Of a stretch of 64,000 nt of DNA, positions 1 to 13,600 are shown one piece after another. A model generated the notes under the pieces. That model was given only the letters and a program-made list of their open reading frames with translations. It was not told the origin of the DNA and searched no databases. The stretch comes from Takakia lepidozioides. Its lineage: Eukaryota; Plantae; Bryophyta. The stretch spans positions 28,272,001 to 28,336,000 of the forward strand of contig CM060732.1 of the NCBI GenBank assembly GCA_030704615.1, read 5' to 3'. Both the position numbers and the translations under genes were made by a program. Position 1 is the stretch's first letter; each line of letters starts with the position of its first letter.

Positions 1-830
1 TTTTTTACAATGATCCCTTAGAGCCAATGTAAGGATCTCTTAAATTGGAAAAATAAAAAAAACTAAATTGCTATTTACGTTCATTGTAAGGATCCCTTAT
101 AACGTTCTAAGCCGCTCTAAGGATTTCATAGAGCGGGAAAACTAATCGGTCAACCATGACGAAGAAGATAAACCTAACATATTTTTTACATTTATTCTAA
201 CAATCGCTTAATATCCTTAGAGCCAATGTAAAGATTTGTTAGATTGGGAAAATAGAACAAGCTAAATTGCTATTTACGTTCCTTCTAAGGATCCCTTAGA
301 GCCGCTCTAAGGATTTCATATAGCGGGAAAACAGAAATAGCTAAATTGCTATTTATATTCGCTCTAAGAATCCTTTAGAGCCGCTCTAGGGGTTTTTTAG
401 AGTGGAAAAACAGAAACAACTAATTTGCTATTTACATTCGATCTAAGTATTATTTAGAGTAAGAAAATAAAAAAAGATAATTTGCTATTTACATTCGCTC
501 TAAGGATCCCTTAGAGCTGCTCTAAGCCGCTCTAGGATTTTCTACAATGGGAAACATAAAAAAGCTAAATTGCTATTTGTATTTGCTCTAAGGATCCTTC
601 AGAGCCGCTCTAAGGATTTATTAGAGCGGGAAAACAAAAAAAATCTAAATGGCTATTCACATTTGATCCAAGCATTACTTAGAGCAAGAAAACAGAATAA
701 ACTATATTGCTTTTTGCAATCGCTCTAAGAATCCCTTAGAGCCGCTCTCAGCCGCTCTAAGGATTTTTTAGAGTGATTAAAAAAACAACACATTCACTCT
801 AGGAGTTTCTTAGAATCACTCTAATGATTT
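1..830. repeat. Degenerate tandem array (~60-90 bp units) built on the palindrome TCTAAGG-ATC-CCTTAGA plus GCTAAATTGCTATTTAC; probably TE subterminal or satellite DNA
   Basis: Motifs ctctaaggatcccttagagccgctctaa and gctaaattgctatttac recur roughly 9-10 times from the window start to ~820. Confidence 0.8.
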
Positions 831-1165
831 TTTATTGCTGATTGAATTGGTATATCATATTACGATCAATATTATACATGTCATATTCGATGTATACATA
901 TGGATATATATACATTATACAAAATACGAATATGAACTCCTATATCAGATTGGACTGCTTTCAGCCCTGGTTTTCAAAAATTATTTTTGTATAGGGTTTC
1001 GAACCCTTATAACTATCCATTATAGGATACAAAATTATGGCCCAAAGACCTTAAGGATTAGCCATAAAGGTTAAAAAAAATTGGAGATTTTGAAATATAA
1101 TATGATAAATAATTTGATTGAATGGATTTTGAATTTATTGAAATGATGAAGTCTGAGGTTGAAAA

Positions 1166-1606
1166 CAGTGTTGGACTGGTATAAAGTACTGCTATATGCA
1201 CTGGAATTAGATTCCAGACCAGTCTCGTTTGGGAGAATACTTGGTCATATACCAGACCAGGCTGGTATCAGTTTTTTCATACCAGCCACAATACCAGTAC
1301 TCCCCCGCAGTCTACCTCATTTACTCTGGTATGTGTACCATATTAATTTATGTGTAAATTTGCCTATACATTTGTATTTATGTATATTTACTTCTAAAGC
1401 CATCTTGAATTACAAGTTTATCAAATAGCAAATATCAAGTGAAAATAAATGCAATACACATAAAGGATGATACCAGAGTTGATATCTCATACGAGCTGGT
1501 ATTGTGGTCATGATACTCGTACTCATATCAGTATTTGGACAAATATACATCCACCATTATATAGACCAGACTGGTATGTAAAAAACTTGATACCAGTCCA
1601 ACACTG
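1166..1606. mobile_element. Non-autonomous hAT MITE
   Basis: 17-bp TIRs CAGTGTTGGACTGGTAT (1166-1182) / ATACCAGTCCAACACTG (1590-1606); perfect 8-bp TSD GTTGAAAA (1158-1165, 1607-1614); internal ATACCAG subterminal motifs. Confidence 0.93.
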
Positions 1607-1697
1607 GTTGAAAACATGATATAATATAATATTCTACATTATATATTATATGTTTATTTATATTTAAAATGTTTAATACATAATTATATATCAAGTT

Positions 1698-3561
1698 CTG
1701 TTAGATCTGGAACGACTGGGAACACCTGAAACTGGGGGGGGGGAACTGGAGGGGGGAGGATGGCTCCGTAGGTTGCGGTGAGAGAGCCGGGGGACTTAGT
1801 TTTTCTCAAGCTCTCCCCCGTTCGGCCTCCTCGCATCTCCCCATATATTTTGATGTGTACTGAAGCTACATGCAAGCTCTCAGTACCATCGTCGAGACGG
1901 ATACGACGTCTCTAGGGCCTTGCCCCAATCCCTAATCTAACTAACGAACTAATGGAACTCTTCTCATTCCCCCAGCTCCTCCACTTCTCTCTCTACTCCG
2001 GGCAACCTTTCTCTTCCATCTATCATCCGGGAGCTCTTCCCAATCCTCCAATTATGGGCCGTCTTCACTAAGCTGCGGCGCGATTCCCCGTGCAAGCAAC
2101 ATTGACAGCCATTCTCCATGGGCCTTTGCAGCATCAGTCCAGTATGCTGAACAGCACTCTGGAAGATAAGAAGTTGTCAAAGACCTGCCTCCTCTGACTG
2201 CTCTGTAATTTCATTAAGTCCCCTGCTATCTCTAGCTAAAAGTCTACAAGAAACTGTTCTCTTGGTTGGCTGTGTTCATGTTTGCAATGCCTGCGCGGTT
2301 TACTCCGGAATGCCCTCCATAACGCGTCTGCCTGCATTGCGGCCAGATTGCCGTACCGCAAAGGGGATAGCCATCAAGTGCCAATTGCGCACGTGGAGGG
2401 TGACCGGGAGAATCCGGTGGCGGAAGAAGGAAAGAAGCAGGGAAACAGGAATCAACCGGTGCGTTGAGCGATCGCGATCACACGTTTCTGCCTCTAGCCT
2501 CCGCTTTGTTGCTTGTTCCAAGCTGTCTCTTCCATACCCTACACAAGTGTCTTCTTACTGTGAAATGGGGGAGTGTAGGGTGAGGTGAGTGACCGTCTGT
2601 TGCATACTACAGGTGCAGTCTGCTCCTCTCCTCAAAATCTGAAGCCATGAGTGCCAGGGGTACAGCCAGCAAGCGAGGAAATAGGGGGGATCATCGATTC
2701 GCCTAGGATCTGCACTTGCGATGAACAAAGGGAAGTCAAAATGGATCACTGAGAACTACTCTACCTCCAATGGTACGGGCGATTCAATCTTGGGCAAAGG
2801 CCCAACCCCACTGATCTTTGACCACTCTTCCACGGAAGATGAGGGGGTTTGGAAGGACTCCATTCCACAAGAAACCAATGAGCAGCCAGTGTTAGCACTT
2901 GACAAGGAAAAGCTCAAGGTCCAAGCGGAAAAACTCACTCAAAGAGGAATTCTCCTCTACTTCCCTGGGAAGCCAAGAGCTAGGAAGTGAATCCGCACGT
3001 GGATCGTAAATACATTGGAGCGGAGGGAGGACTCGACCAACACTTCTGCCTTTCCATGGGCAGAGGTTTCTACCTGTCATGCGGTTCTGCTGCCAAGTCA
3101 TCACTCCCACTACTTGGGATGTCTCCTAGTGATGGAGATGATGGGGACTTCAACTGGAAGCACAAAAAAGCTCGCGTCACAAAGTGTAGAACACAACTTC
3201 GTTTCTAGTATGTAGCAGTTGCCATTATCTGCAGCCTGGTTCCTGTTTCCAGTTAGGGGGTACTTACAATGTGGCATTCTCATCACTCTAGGCTTGGATA
3301 ACTTTGTTGCTTATTAGCATTCTCATTGGCACTCTTCTCCCCTCTTCTCTTCTCACACCATCTGTCTTCTCCTTTCTCGGTTTTCTCACTTCTTCAGATA
3401 GCTTGTAGGCTATGGTTACGGGGAAGATTCCCCTCTGTTAGCCTTACGGCCTCCCTGGTGGTTACTTTTTCCACCTTTTTGTGAACCTTTTTAGAATCTA
3501 ATTTTGATTCAAAGGGTCTCCGTCCCCTTACTTCCAAAAATAATAATAATAATAATAATAA
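1698..3561 (+). mobile_element. Internally deleted, degenerate L1-like LINE
   Basis: ORF1 (DUF4283)-like remnants (EKLTQRGILLYFPG...MGRGFYL, 2900-3080); 3' end AAAAA(TAA)n tail at 3536-3561; flanking direct repeat ATCAAGTT (1690-1697, 3562-3569) consistent with a TSD. Confidence 0.55.
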
Positions 3562-4319
3562 ATCAAGTTTTTAAATTATTATTTGTTATATCAAATATAA
3601 ATATAAATATAAATTAAATTTATTTGAAGTTTTTGAGATGTAATATGATAGATAACTTGATTTATTAGATTTAAATTGGAATGATGAATCTGACATTGAA
3701 AGCATGATATAAATTGATAATATATTTATTTTTATAATACATAATATACATCATTATATTTAAAGAAATAAATTTATTATAATATTGTGTCTTTTAAATA
3801 AATATTTTAGTATGTTCATTTATATAAATAATACAAATATTTAAGATTTTAAATTTGAAATATGAAAATGTAATGATAAGATATAAAGTGATATGAATAA
3901 ATAATTATGTAGTAAGTAAAAATAACACATGATTGTAACTGATAATGATTGATTTATGATAATAGATGGAATGATAATTGACTGGTTGATGGATAGAATG
4001 ATACTTGATTTATGTAGCGACATCGTTAGATTATAGCTAGATTTTAAAATACATCTAAATTTAAATTTAAATTTATTTAATATAATTATAATTATTCATT
4101 TTTATATACTTATTTATACTATATATATAATTCTGACTATAATTAAATATTTATAATCTCTAAGTTGTATATACTATATTGATATCATGCTTGAATATTA
4201 TATACACTATAGATTATGATGTAACATTCAAGTGACATAATCAGAGTGTAACGAATTTTGATGATTTCTTGGAAATATAAAATAGTGTTTTTGGTGGTGT
4301 GTCAAATATGTTAGAGGGA

Positions 4320-5410
4320 GAAAAACAAAAAACAAAACAGAAAACGAAACAAAAGAGGAAGAACGAAGAGAAAAAATGAAGAGAATGAAAGAAGGGAAAG
4401 TTCTATTTCGCTGAGCAACTCATACAGAAATACAAAGAACGGAGTTAAAAAAGAAAACATAAACAAAGACAGAAAGTGAAAGAAAAAAACAAATGAATGC
4501 TACTCATAAGAACTAGGAGACATTTCTATTTTGCCACAGAACCAAAAGACAGAGAATCATAAACAAACAACAGAAGCAAAGAAGAAAGACAAACGAAGAG
4601 GAAAGAAATAAAACGAGAGAGAAAGAATGGAAAGTTCTATTTTGCTGTACAATTCACACAGAAATACAAAGAATAGAGATCGGAAAGAAACATAAACAAA
4701 GAACACAAAGCAAAGGAAAAAAACAAATGAAGTCTACTCAAAACTTGAGACAGTTCATTTAGCCACAGAACCAAAAGAACAAAGCAACATAAACAAACAA
4801 CAAAAGCAAAGAAGAAACACAAACAATGATGAAAGAAAACAAAACAAAACAGAAAGAACGAATAAACAGTTATATTCCGCTGAACAACTCACACAGAAAT
4901 ACAAAGAACAGAGATCAGGAAGAAACATAAACAAAGAATAGAAAGTGAAAGAAAAAAACAAATGAAGGCTACTAGGAAGAACTAAGAGACAATTCTATTT
5001 TGCCACAAAACCGAAAAAACAAAGAAATATAAATAAACAACAGAAGCAAAGAAGAAACACAAACGATGGCAAAGGAGCAGAACTCAAAGACAATTCTATT
5101 ATATACAAAAAGTTTGCTTTAAAAAGAAAGCGAAGGAAATGATCATCGTTCTGGATACTTATAGAGTTTTCAAAGAAAAAAAAGACAACAGAATGAAAGA
5201 GAAAAAAGAAGAAGAAAGTTCTATTCTATCGAAAAACTCACACAGAAAGACAAGAATAGAGATTAGAAAAAAACATAAACTGAGAACCAAAAGTGACGAA
5301 CAAAGACAAATAAAACTACTAAAAAGAACTAAAAAACATTGTCAAAGAACCAAAAGGACAGAGAAACGTAAACAAGCAACAGAAACAAAGAAGAAATACA
5401 AACACGAAGG
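4320..5410. repeat. A-rich degenerate tandem repeat (~230-bp unit) interrupted by a LINE fragment and resuming at ~7140-7215
   Basis: Recurring AAGTTCTATTT.GCTG..CAACTCACACAGAAATACAAAGAA near 4398, 4632, 4868 and 5216; 7140-7215 resembles 5087-5165. Confidence 0.7.
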
Positions 5411-5559
5411 TAAAAGTGGGAACCGAGCTTCCAGGGAGAGATCCTGGAGGAGGGGAACGTCTCAAAATTCCGTAAAGGTAACGATTTCCTGAGGAAGATA
5501 TGGAACCCGGAACCGACCCTGAACCAAGCAGTCCCCATGTCATTTGTGGATGGGAAATT

Positions 5560-7130
5560 TCGATGGGGAAGATTCTGAGACACATACCAAAGAGTTTTCA
5601 AAAGTCATTTCACAAAGAGATGGGAATCGGGGACCGAGATATGACCAAATGACTTATAAAATCTTGAAAGCATGTGCTCGGCGGCCCCTGGTGAAGTGGT
5701 TCCTCAGAATGTTCGAGTTCCAAAATATCCATGGCAAGATTTTCCCGTCTTCATTTCCAATTCACCCAGAGACCTTGTAGAATGGAAACACATGGAAGAG
5801 GCGCTTCAAGGGGGAGGAGTGCCACAAGGGGTAAGCCAAGATGGGCTGGCACTCTTTCTGCTAGAAAAAGAGGCAGAGTGGTTAGGTACACCTCAGATCC
5901 GAGCACTGTCCAACCGCCCCCTTCAGTTTTCTTTCAAACTATTGCCGTCTGGAGCAGGGTTATGTCCGGAAATTTAGCCATTGAGGAGTTGAATTTCAAA
6001 CCAGTTGCATTACAAAGAGCCCCGAGCAATCTGCAGGAAAAAGCTTTCAGCTCTAGGAGCATCTCACTTCTCAAATGCATAGAAAAAATGGCGGACATCC
6101 TGGTGAGAAGAAACCAGGACACGTTTGAGAAGATGGAAAATTTGGATTTTCTCTTGAGATTTGGCCTTAATAGCGAGGCCAGCAATGTATTTGGTGAGGT
6201 GAAGCATTGGCCCCGTATGTCGATGAGAGGGATAGGCCGCGCCCCGCCCAGGCGCACACCTCAGGGACGGATCAAACTTGAAAACGAACATATGCACAAT
6301 ACTCGCTACTTGGAATCAGTCCACAAATATCATAAATGGGCCTTTGAGCCACAAGACACTGACAAACCATCCATTTCGGTGGAGGCTCTGGTTGGAAAAT
6401 TGGTCTGATCACTTTTATTCCCAAACCGGGTAAAGACGCTTCAGACCCAGGGAATTGGCGTCCCATCACAATGCTCCCAGTGATCTTCAAGATTCTTTCC
6501 AAACTCATTGCAAATGCAGCCCACTACGAGCTAGCCGAATCACTTGGTGAAATCCACCATGCAACAGGGAGTCAACCCAGGCAGAGCTGGGTGCTTGGAC
6601 GGGAATTTCAAGCTAGCCTCATGCCTCGAACACTTTGCGCGGAAACAAAAAGACATCTTTGTCTTGATAACAGATTTTTCTGGAGCCTTCACTTCCATTC
6701 CAATCGGGCAAATCAAGCTAATAATCAATCTCACGCCTGCAGACCCTAGTCTCAAAAAACTTTGGATTGAGACGGTGGTTGGGAATACAGTCAGATTGGT
6801 CGCGGGAGGGAGGTCGTCTAGGGAAATCCGCATCACAAAGGGTGTAGAGTAGGGAAACACAATCAGCCCACTAACCTTTGCTTTGGTCAAGGACACGGTC
6901 TCCAAGTGAATCGAACTCGAATGCATAGGTTACCGGATCAGGAGATGATCGGGTGAAGGACCGCCACCCCCGAAAGGATTTTCTCAAAAAGAATGGAGCA
7001 GGTCATGTGGGGCACATGGCGGGAGGCTCCAACAAATGTAGATTCCTATTGATGTGCCCGGAGGTGATTACGTGGATGATGAGTTGAGGCTCTCAAGTAC
7101 TATCGAGGATATCCAAAAAAATTCAGCGAT
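5560..7130 (+). mobile_element. Degenerate non-LTR retrotransposon reverse transcriptase fragment
   Basis: RT motifs spread over several frames: GPxxDQMTYKILK, WKIGLITFIPKPGKDASDPGNWRPITML, MQQGV..GC, DFSGAFTSIP, KGVxxGNTISPLTF, YVDD (~7070). Confidence 0.8.
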
Positions 7131-8947
7131 AGAAAGCTGAGAGACAGTTCTATTGTCTACAAACAATTTGCCAAAAAAAAAAAAAAAAAATGATCCTCGT
7201 TTTCTATACTTATAGGGGAAATGAGATATGGTTGGAACTTTTGAACGCCTAGAGATGAGCAGTGGTGATTCTATAAACGTTTAAAGATTATAAGAGTGTT
7301 GGGCGGATATCGAGTCATCGGGATATCAACCCGGATATCAATGTATCCGGACCTAGAACCGGCATTTTTTTAGGACTCCGGCTCGATGCATAACCGGCAG
7401 ATATGAAAATGTGAATATTCTATACCCAGTGTAACACCCTTTGGCCAATACCCAGTGGAAATCTGTCCTAAAATTAATACCCGGATGCATACTTGGATCC
7501 GTTGTTTATCATGTTGGTAATACCCAGAACCAGTGGATATCTAAAGCCAAAAAAGTTTTTATACCCGGAACCGACAAATATTGAAAAAATCCTTAAACCC
7601 ACCGGGCCCAAAACGGCCGTCCGGGCCTATTTAATTGTGAATTACTCTTTTCTTTTCTTTTTTTACAGAAAGGGGAGAGGCCCTGTTACTCAGATCTAGA
7701 AATACATGCAATCCATACAAGCCCTGTCATATAGATTGTGACTTGTGACACAAGTCTTGATGGTATGGAGCCTTCTTACTCTTTCCAATCATTTAATGCA
7801 GAAATTGCCCCCAAACAGGGAAGACAATAGGAATAATGTAAGAACTTAATGGACGCTTGCGATGTGAGCAGCCTGGGCGGCCCTATCAGATCCTCCCACC
7901 CCTCTTATCTGGGTTTACCTATTAAATATTTAAGAATCCCAATGGATTTCAAGTTGTGGTGGGTAGTGTGATGGTAAGATGATAGCATTGCAGGCGACAA
8001 TGTTTTAGGTTCCATTCTTAACGAGAGGTTCTTGTATGTAAACCAGGTATTAGTATTCCAATCGGTGTAACCCTATGTAACCCCGGTCTCTCATGTAACT
8101 CTAGTTAAGTCCATTTTATACTTAGCCATATTTGGACTGAGTTACACTGAGTGGAGTTACACTCCATTTTGTATAATCCCAAGTGGAGTGATACACCTCG
8201 TCGTGTAATCCAATGTAACCCCAAGTTGGAGTTACACGCCTTGTCATGTAACCCAGTGTAACGCCGACTGGAGTTTACACTTCTTCAGTTCCATGTCACT
8301 CTCAAGAAAGGGTGGGGAAGATTTGACATACCACAAACCGGCATACCATCCTGTCAAAGGTTGCACGTGTGCATTAAGATATTACATTATTCCTATTATC
8401 TTCCCAAAAATAGTATCTTCATTCTCTTTTTCTTTGTTCTTTTCACTTCTTCTTTTCGTGGCCACTTTACTATGAGATATGTGAGAGACTCAACTGGCCT
8501 CCCAGAAGTGATCCATTATGAGGATCAGAAACTTCAATGAAAGCAAATAGGATAGGAGGAAATACAAGTCATTGTCTTCCTTGGGGAGAGAATATCGGTC
8601 TGCTATGGCTGGTCGACGTATTCACCATGCCATAGCATATTCATGTTTTATTCGCCGGTGAATGAATGTTTCATGAATATGGAGAATATGAATATGCCCC
8701 GCTTGGACGGGGAGAGAATATTGGTCTCATGCATAAAACTACTCATCCAAGGATATCATTCATTTATTGATATAGACGAAATATTCCCATTAGGCATGTC
8801 TTGATCTAATTTGAAGCTTAATCGCAATTATCTGGGCTAAGCATCAAAACCCCATAGTCCTGCCTTACTAGAAAGGCAGGGCAAGTAAAAAGATGAGAAA
8901 AGATAATCTCGCCCAAGCCGGAAGGCGATACAATCTAGGGAACCTAC

Positions 8948-9655
8948 CAGTGTTGGTCTGGTATTTGGGTTTCGCCGGGTATCAACCTGGGCATCAACCC
9001 GTGTCTCTCCTAACCTAACCTACTGTTCTCTGTTCCCGTAAACATTTGTAGTACCCTACCATAAGGTTCTCGAGTTCCCCGGCGGCCCCCCAAACCCTAC
9101 CAGGCGGCGGCGGCGGTTCGGGTTCTCCTTTCCCCACCCCCTACCAGAGCTCAACTCGTCACTGCAAGTATGTTCGGGTATCATATTAATATGCACATAT
9201 GTATAGATATTATGGATGCAGGGTTTCATTATGAGCGCCTCTTTATGATCTTCATTTTGCGAGACACTATGGATGCAATTCTGATTCAGTGTATAATTGT
9301 ATGGGGGTTGGTATCCTATGAGATGAGCAGGTTTCCTTGTGGTTTTCTTGATTTTTCAAATGGCCATTTGAGTAGTTCAAATGGCCATTTCAATATTGAA
9401 TTTGAATTTGAATACTAGTACCATTTTTATTTTATTTTTTTAATACCATATCTGAGTTCATATTTCTAGGTTATTGACATTCAGATACCATTGCTCATAT
9501 CCGGATTGATTTTCTTAACAAACCACTCTATGCATACCAGATTCATACTTGAAAAAATTAGGGGATGCATTATTGGAAAACTTACCTGGCTTAAAAAAAC
9601 ACTACATACCATGACCCTTCGGGTATTTCCAATTCAAGATACCAGACCAACACTG
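8948..9655. mobile_element. Non-autonomous hAT MITE (same TIR family as 1166-1606)
   Basis: TIRs CAGTGTTGGTCTGGTAT / ATACCAGACCAACACTG; perfect 8-bp TSD GAACCTAC (8940-8947, 9656-9663). Confidence 0.93.
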
Positions 9656-9707
9656 GAACCTACCGGGCAGCCACCGACGGCCAAAATTGGACACACGACT
9701 AAGTAAC

Positions 9708-10230
9708 CAGTGTTGGACTGGTATCGTATTTTGAACACACCAGGCTGGTACTGGTACATAGGCCTCCGGCCAATTGTGATACCAGGGAGGTACTGGTATT
9801 GGCAAAAATCTGAGATTTGGATACCATGGTGGTATCCATAATACCCGATTTGGTGTGGTGTTTTACGGGTATCAATAGCAAGAGTTTTTAGAAATCGATA
9901 CCAGGGTATTATCAATACTGGTCTGGTATAAAAAAAACTCATGATATGTGAAATATTGAAAGGCCCACTTCTCATATAAATGTGTACAAGCATGCTTCTC
10001 ATTGATTTTATTCCTAAAAGTATTCCTCGAGTTCCTCAGAGTATTGATACCTAGGTTTTCCTCACAAACATGGATATGGTAGTGGTGTCAGGTACCAGCT
10101 TTTCAACCAGTCTAGCTTTTCAACCACCTACCAGACTCGTAGGGTATGGTCCACAGTATTAGGAAGCAGATACCGGGTCAATATGGGTATATGCTAGGTA
10201 TTGGCATGAGGTGATACCAGACTGCAACTA
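9708..10230. mobile_element. Older hAT MITE with intact left TIR and decayed right end
   Basis: CAGTGTTGGACTGGTAT at 9708; many ATACCAG/CTGGTAT motifs; no clean right TIR or TSD. Confidence 0.65.
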
Positions 10231-10264
10231 ACCACCCAAACTGGGCTAGCCAAAGACAGAAGAA

Positions 10265-10690
10265 ATGAGAAGGAAATGAAATGGTACTTTATAACGTTCG
10301 TGAAAAGCTCAAAGAGCTTATGGGACAAAATGGAAAACGAACATGAGAGAGCCACAAAAAACCAAAAGCAACAACTACTCAAAGGGATTGTCTAAGGGTC
10401 AAAGCCTCGTGCAGGTAAGCTACCACGCATTTCTGACCTCATAGTGGAAAACTTCAGTGAGAGATTGAGTTCAGACAGTGGAATCTCCCGCAGATCTGGT
10501 AATATAGAGGGCAATAAAAGAAGAAGTGTTCTTCAAGTTCCAATTTTTTGGTTGCGCCCGGTCAAAGTTGGGCATAAGCGGCGGTCATCCTGTTGCAGGT
10601 TTTCCCATCTGCCAGTCTTGACTCTCTATCCGTAGATTGTGGGAGCCCACCCTGAATCGCCCCAATGCCCTAAGAAGGCCGAAGGGCCCT
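10265..10690 (-). mobile_element. LINE family B 3' fragment
   Basis: Reverse complement of the element at 15268-15525, 16874-17210 and 17650-18300 (GTCCCATAAGCTC...ACGTTATAAAG.ACCATTTCATTTC tail). Confidence 0.75.
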
Positions 10691-11467
10691 CACAATGAAG
10701 ACCAGACAAAAAGGAAGCAACAGCGGAAGCATCCAAGAGTGAACGATCCATCAGCATCTCCTCATATGGGCTTTGATACTAGGATTGCGGTTCCTCTTGT
10801 GTTTCCAATCAACCTCATCTTCCTGCTTCCAAAGGTGAAGGCCAAGGGTTAGCTTGGCCACCAAATGTCGGGATGGAAGGTGCAAAAGTCGCCCTTTCTG
10901 GAACAGATGACTCCCCTCCTTTTTCAGATCTGCTTCAATTTTTACTAAAATTTATGCCATAGAATGGCGCGTGTCTGGACTGCCATAATTGCTAAGTTGT
11001 CTCATCAGACAAGCAAGGGGGTCCGGTTTTGATGAAGGTACTTCACACATGTGTGTGAGGGTGAGTCCCCACATTCACCGGTCCTTTTTTTTCAGGGCCT
11101 GGGGATTGTCCTCCAAAGTGGCACATGAGTGCATGAGGGAGGGTAGGCATGTACGGTGTTCTTAAAAAGCTGATTTTCTCACAGTTAAACCATTTTTCAC
11201 TACAAGGGTCCTATATTTAGGAAGGCACTGGGCGTGGAAGGCTTAATATCCGCCCAACACTGGATATTACTAACACCGCCTGGATATTACCGAAATTCGA
11301 AGGCTGCGTCACACCCAGACGTCAATGCCACAACCGTTGACTCCTCGCTCCTCACCATCTATCTCGTCTAATTCGAACGCCACCATCTCTGTGTAGTTAG
11401 TGCGCTCTGCAACTCATCAGAGATCATCACGGCTGCAGTGTGGAGGACGGACCGAGCTGAAAAGGAG

Positions 11468-11626
11468 ATGGGGAAGCCTAGCGTTGCTGAGGCGGGGAGC
11501 AGGACCCTGGTGTTTGCGTTGAATGGAAAGCGTGTGGAGTTGGCCAACGTGGACCCTGCCACCACGCTTCTCTACTACATTCGCACGCACACACCCCTCC
11601 GCGGCACCAAGCGCGGATGTGGGGAA
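11468..11626 (+). CDS. AAO: Aldehyde oxidase exon 1 (first Fe-S domain)
   Basis: MGKPS...[33 protein letters not shown] followed by a GT donor at 11627. Confidence 0.85.
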
Positions 11627-12061
11627 GTTGAAGATGCATCTTTGCTCCCTTTTCATGCTGTTGTTAACTGTTCGAGGTCAAATCACACTGTGCCTAGTAA
11701 ATTGTCACTTGAGCGTCTTGAATAACTGCGTGTCTCTGTGAACGATGCGCTGAAGTGATAGTCTGAAATGAACAAATTCTACGATTTCCTGCATGTTCTT
11801 ATTGCTAAATTTGCGGATTTGAAGCTGTAGGTTGAAATCACGGACCCACGTCGGCGAACCTTAGCACTCTTTTGGAACTCCCAGTGCATGCTCTGTGTGG
11901 TACACGCCAATTGCGGACTCTGGGTGAACTGTACTTCGTTCGAAACCTTAGCTGAATTCGACAATTCAAAATCTGTCTCAACATCACGCCCGTTTCATCT
12001 AATCAGAGTGTAATTTATGTGATCTGTGATTCCCTGTATCCTTAATGGTTCGTACCTGCAG

Positions 12062-12885
12062 GTGGCTGCGGCGCTTGTGTCGTTCTTCTCTCCAGGTACA
12101 ATTCAAGCACCAAGCAAGTGGAAGAGCTCACTATCAACTCCTGCCTCACTCTCCTTTGCTCCATTGATGGCTGTGCAATCACGACGACTGAAGGGCTTGG
12201 GAGCTTACGCGATGGACGTCATGCTATTCATAAACGGCTCTCCGGTTTTCATGCTTCCCAATGTGGATTCTGCACCCCAGGGATGACCATGGCCATCTAT
12301 GGATGCCTGAGGAACCAACAAGCGAAGAATTCTAGCTGCATCTCGGGGCCCACGAAAGAAAGCTCGCAAAGCAATGGTACAGGTTTATGTAACAAGGCCT
12401 ATGCTGTTCCAGGTCTCACTGTTGAGAAAGCTGAGAAAGCTGTTTCTGGCAATCTGTGTCGCTGCACCGGGTACAGACCCATTCTCGATGCTTGCAAGAG
12501 TTTTGCTTGTGATGTGGATCTGGAAGATCTGGGGCTAAATTCCTTTCAGGCAAATAACCTGTCGGGAGGCCCAGGTCAGCTTCCGCAGTACGATCCATCA
12601 GCGGACCCCATATTTCCAAAGTTTCTCCTTGAAGATTTAGAGGCAAAGGCGATACCCAGGAAACAAGACGACGAACCTCACGATCAGTTGCGATTCCGAC
12701 ATGTTGACACAAGCCCAGACGAAGGGGAAAAGGACCGTCTGTGGGTCAGCCCCAGAAATCTGGCAGAAGTTTTTTCTTCCTTGAAATTGTACCAGGGTAA
12801 ACGTAATGTGAGACTTGTTGTGGGGAACACCAGCTCTGGAATCTTCAAAGACATAAAACCTGAAGTCTTCATTGACATAAGCAAG
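12062..12885 (+). CDS. AAO: Aldehyde oxidase exon 2 (Fe-S domains and start of FAD domain)
   Basis: GGCGAC...INSCL...FHASQCGFCTPG...GNLCRCTGYRPILDACKSF...FIDISK; CAG acceptor ends 12061, GT donor at 12886. Confidence 0.92.
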
Positions 12886-13065
12886 GTATACGTTTGCACT
12901 CAGCCCATTCTGGCCTTAGACTAGCAAGTGTTTCGAGGAATTGTGTTCATCCATGGCTGGCTGAAATGGTTGGGCTGTTGATTAGATGGTGGAGGGGGTA
13001 TTATATGAGTCAGAATGCCTGGCACCCCTGTTCCTGTCTATGGATCTCATTCTGATGATGCATCA

Positions 13066-13307
13066 GAAAAGCCCAGGCCCTCCTGAGGCCTAGTTTTTGG
13101 GCAAATCACACACAGCAGATTGATGCTTGTGTGAAGGGATTTCTAGAGGATATCTGGAAAACCCGGATTAATTCTTTATATGAAGGTAAGTCTTACTACC
13201 AACGTCAGCCCCTGACAGAGGTAGATTCTGTTCCTTTTGTTCCCGCTCAAACTGGGCACGGGGTCAATGGCCACAAGGCTACGGCAAACAACGTCTTATG
13301 AGTACAA
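13066..13307 (+). mobile_element. 5'-truncated LINE family A insertion in AO intron 2
   Basis: Matches the 3' end of the LINE at 40310-40560 (...HKATANNVL* GTACAATCT); 15-bp TSD TCTGATGATGCATCA (13051-13065, 13308-13322). Confidence 0.9.
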
Positions 13308-13600
13308 TCTGATGATGCATCAAAGACCACAGGGGCTTTTATCAGTATGCAAACAGGGTCTGCTCCTTCTTTGTCTCCTGGAAGTGCCTACAGCCTGAGA
13401 CAAGCATGGCAGTCAAAGTCCTCAGGTTTGATGTCTGGGCCAGTCAGGCCTGGAAACATGATAGAGACAGGCATTTGGGGAGCACCCCTTCCTCTTCTGG
13501 AATCAGGGTGTCACTGAAAGATTCTTTGAAAGTAGCGGCTTCTTCCTTCACACATGTAAAGGGACTACATGATGCAAACATTGTACTCTTGTGTAAACAG

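Noticed and set aside
4637-5492. Membrane or Lys-rich proteins from the ORF track
   Set aside because: Translations of an A-rich tandem repeat.
7294-11262. One large hAT element (GAGTGTTGGGCGGATAT ... ATATCCGCCCAACACTG)
   Set aside because: The ends are complementary, but the flanks match only 5/8 (GATTATAA vs GATATTAC) and the right end lacks subterminal repeats. Not supported enough to call.
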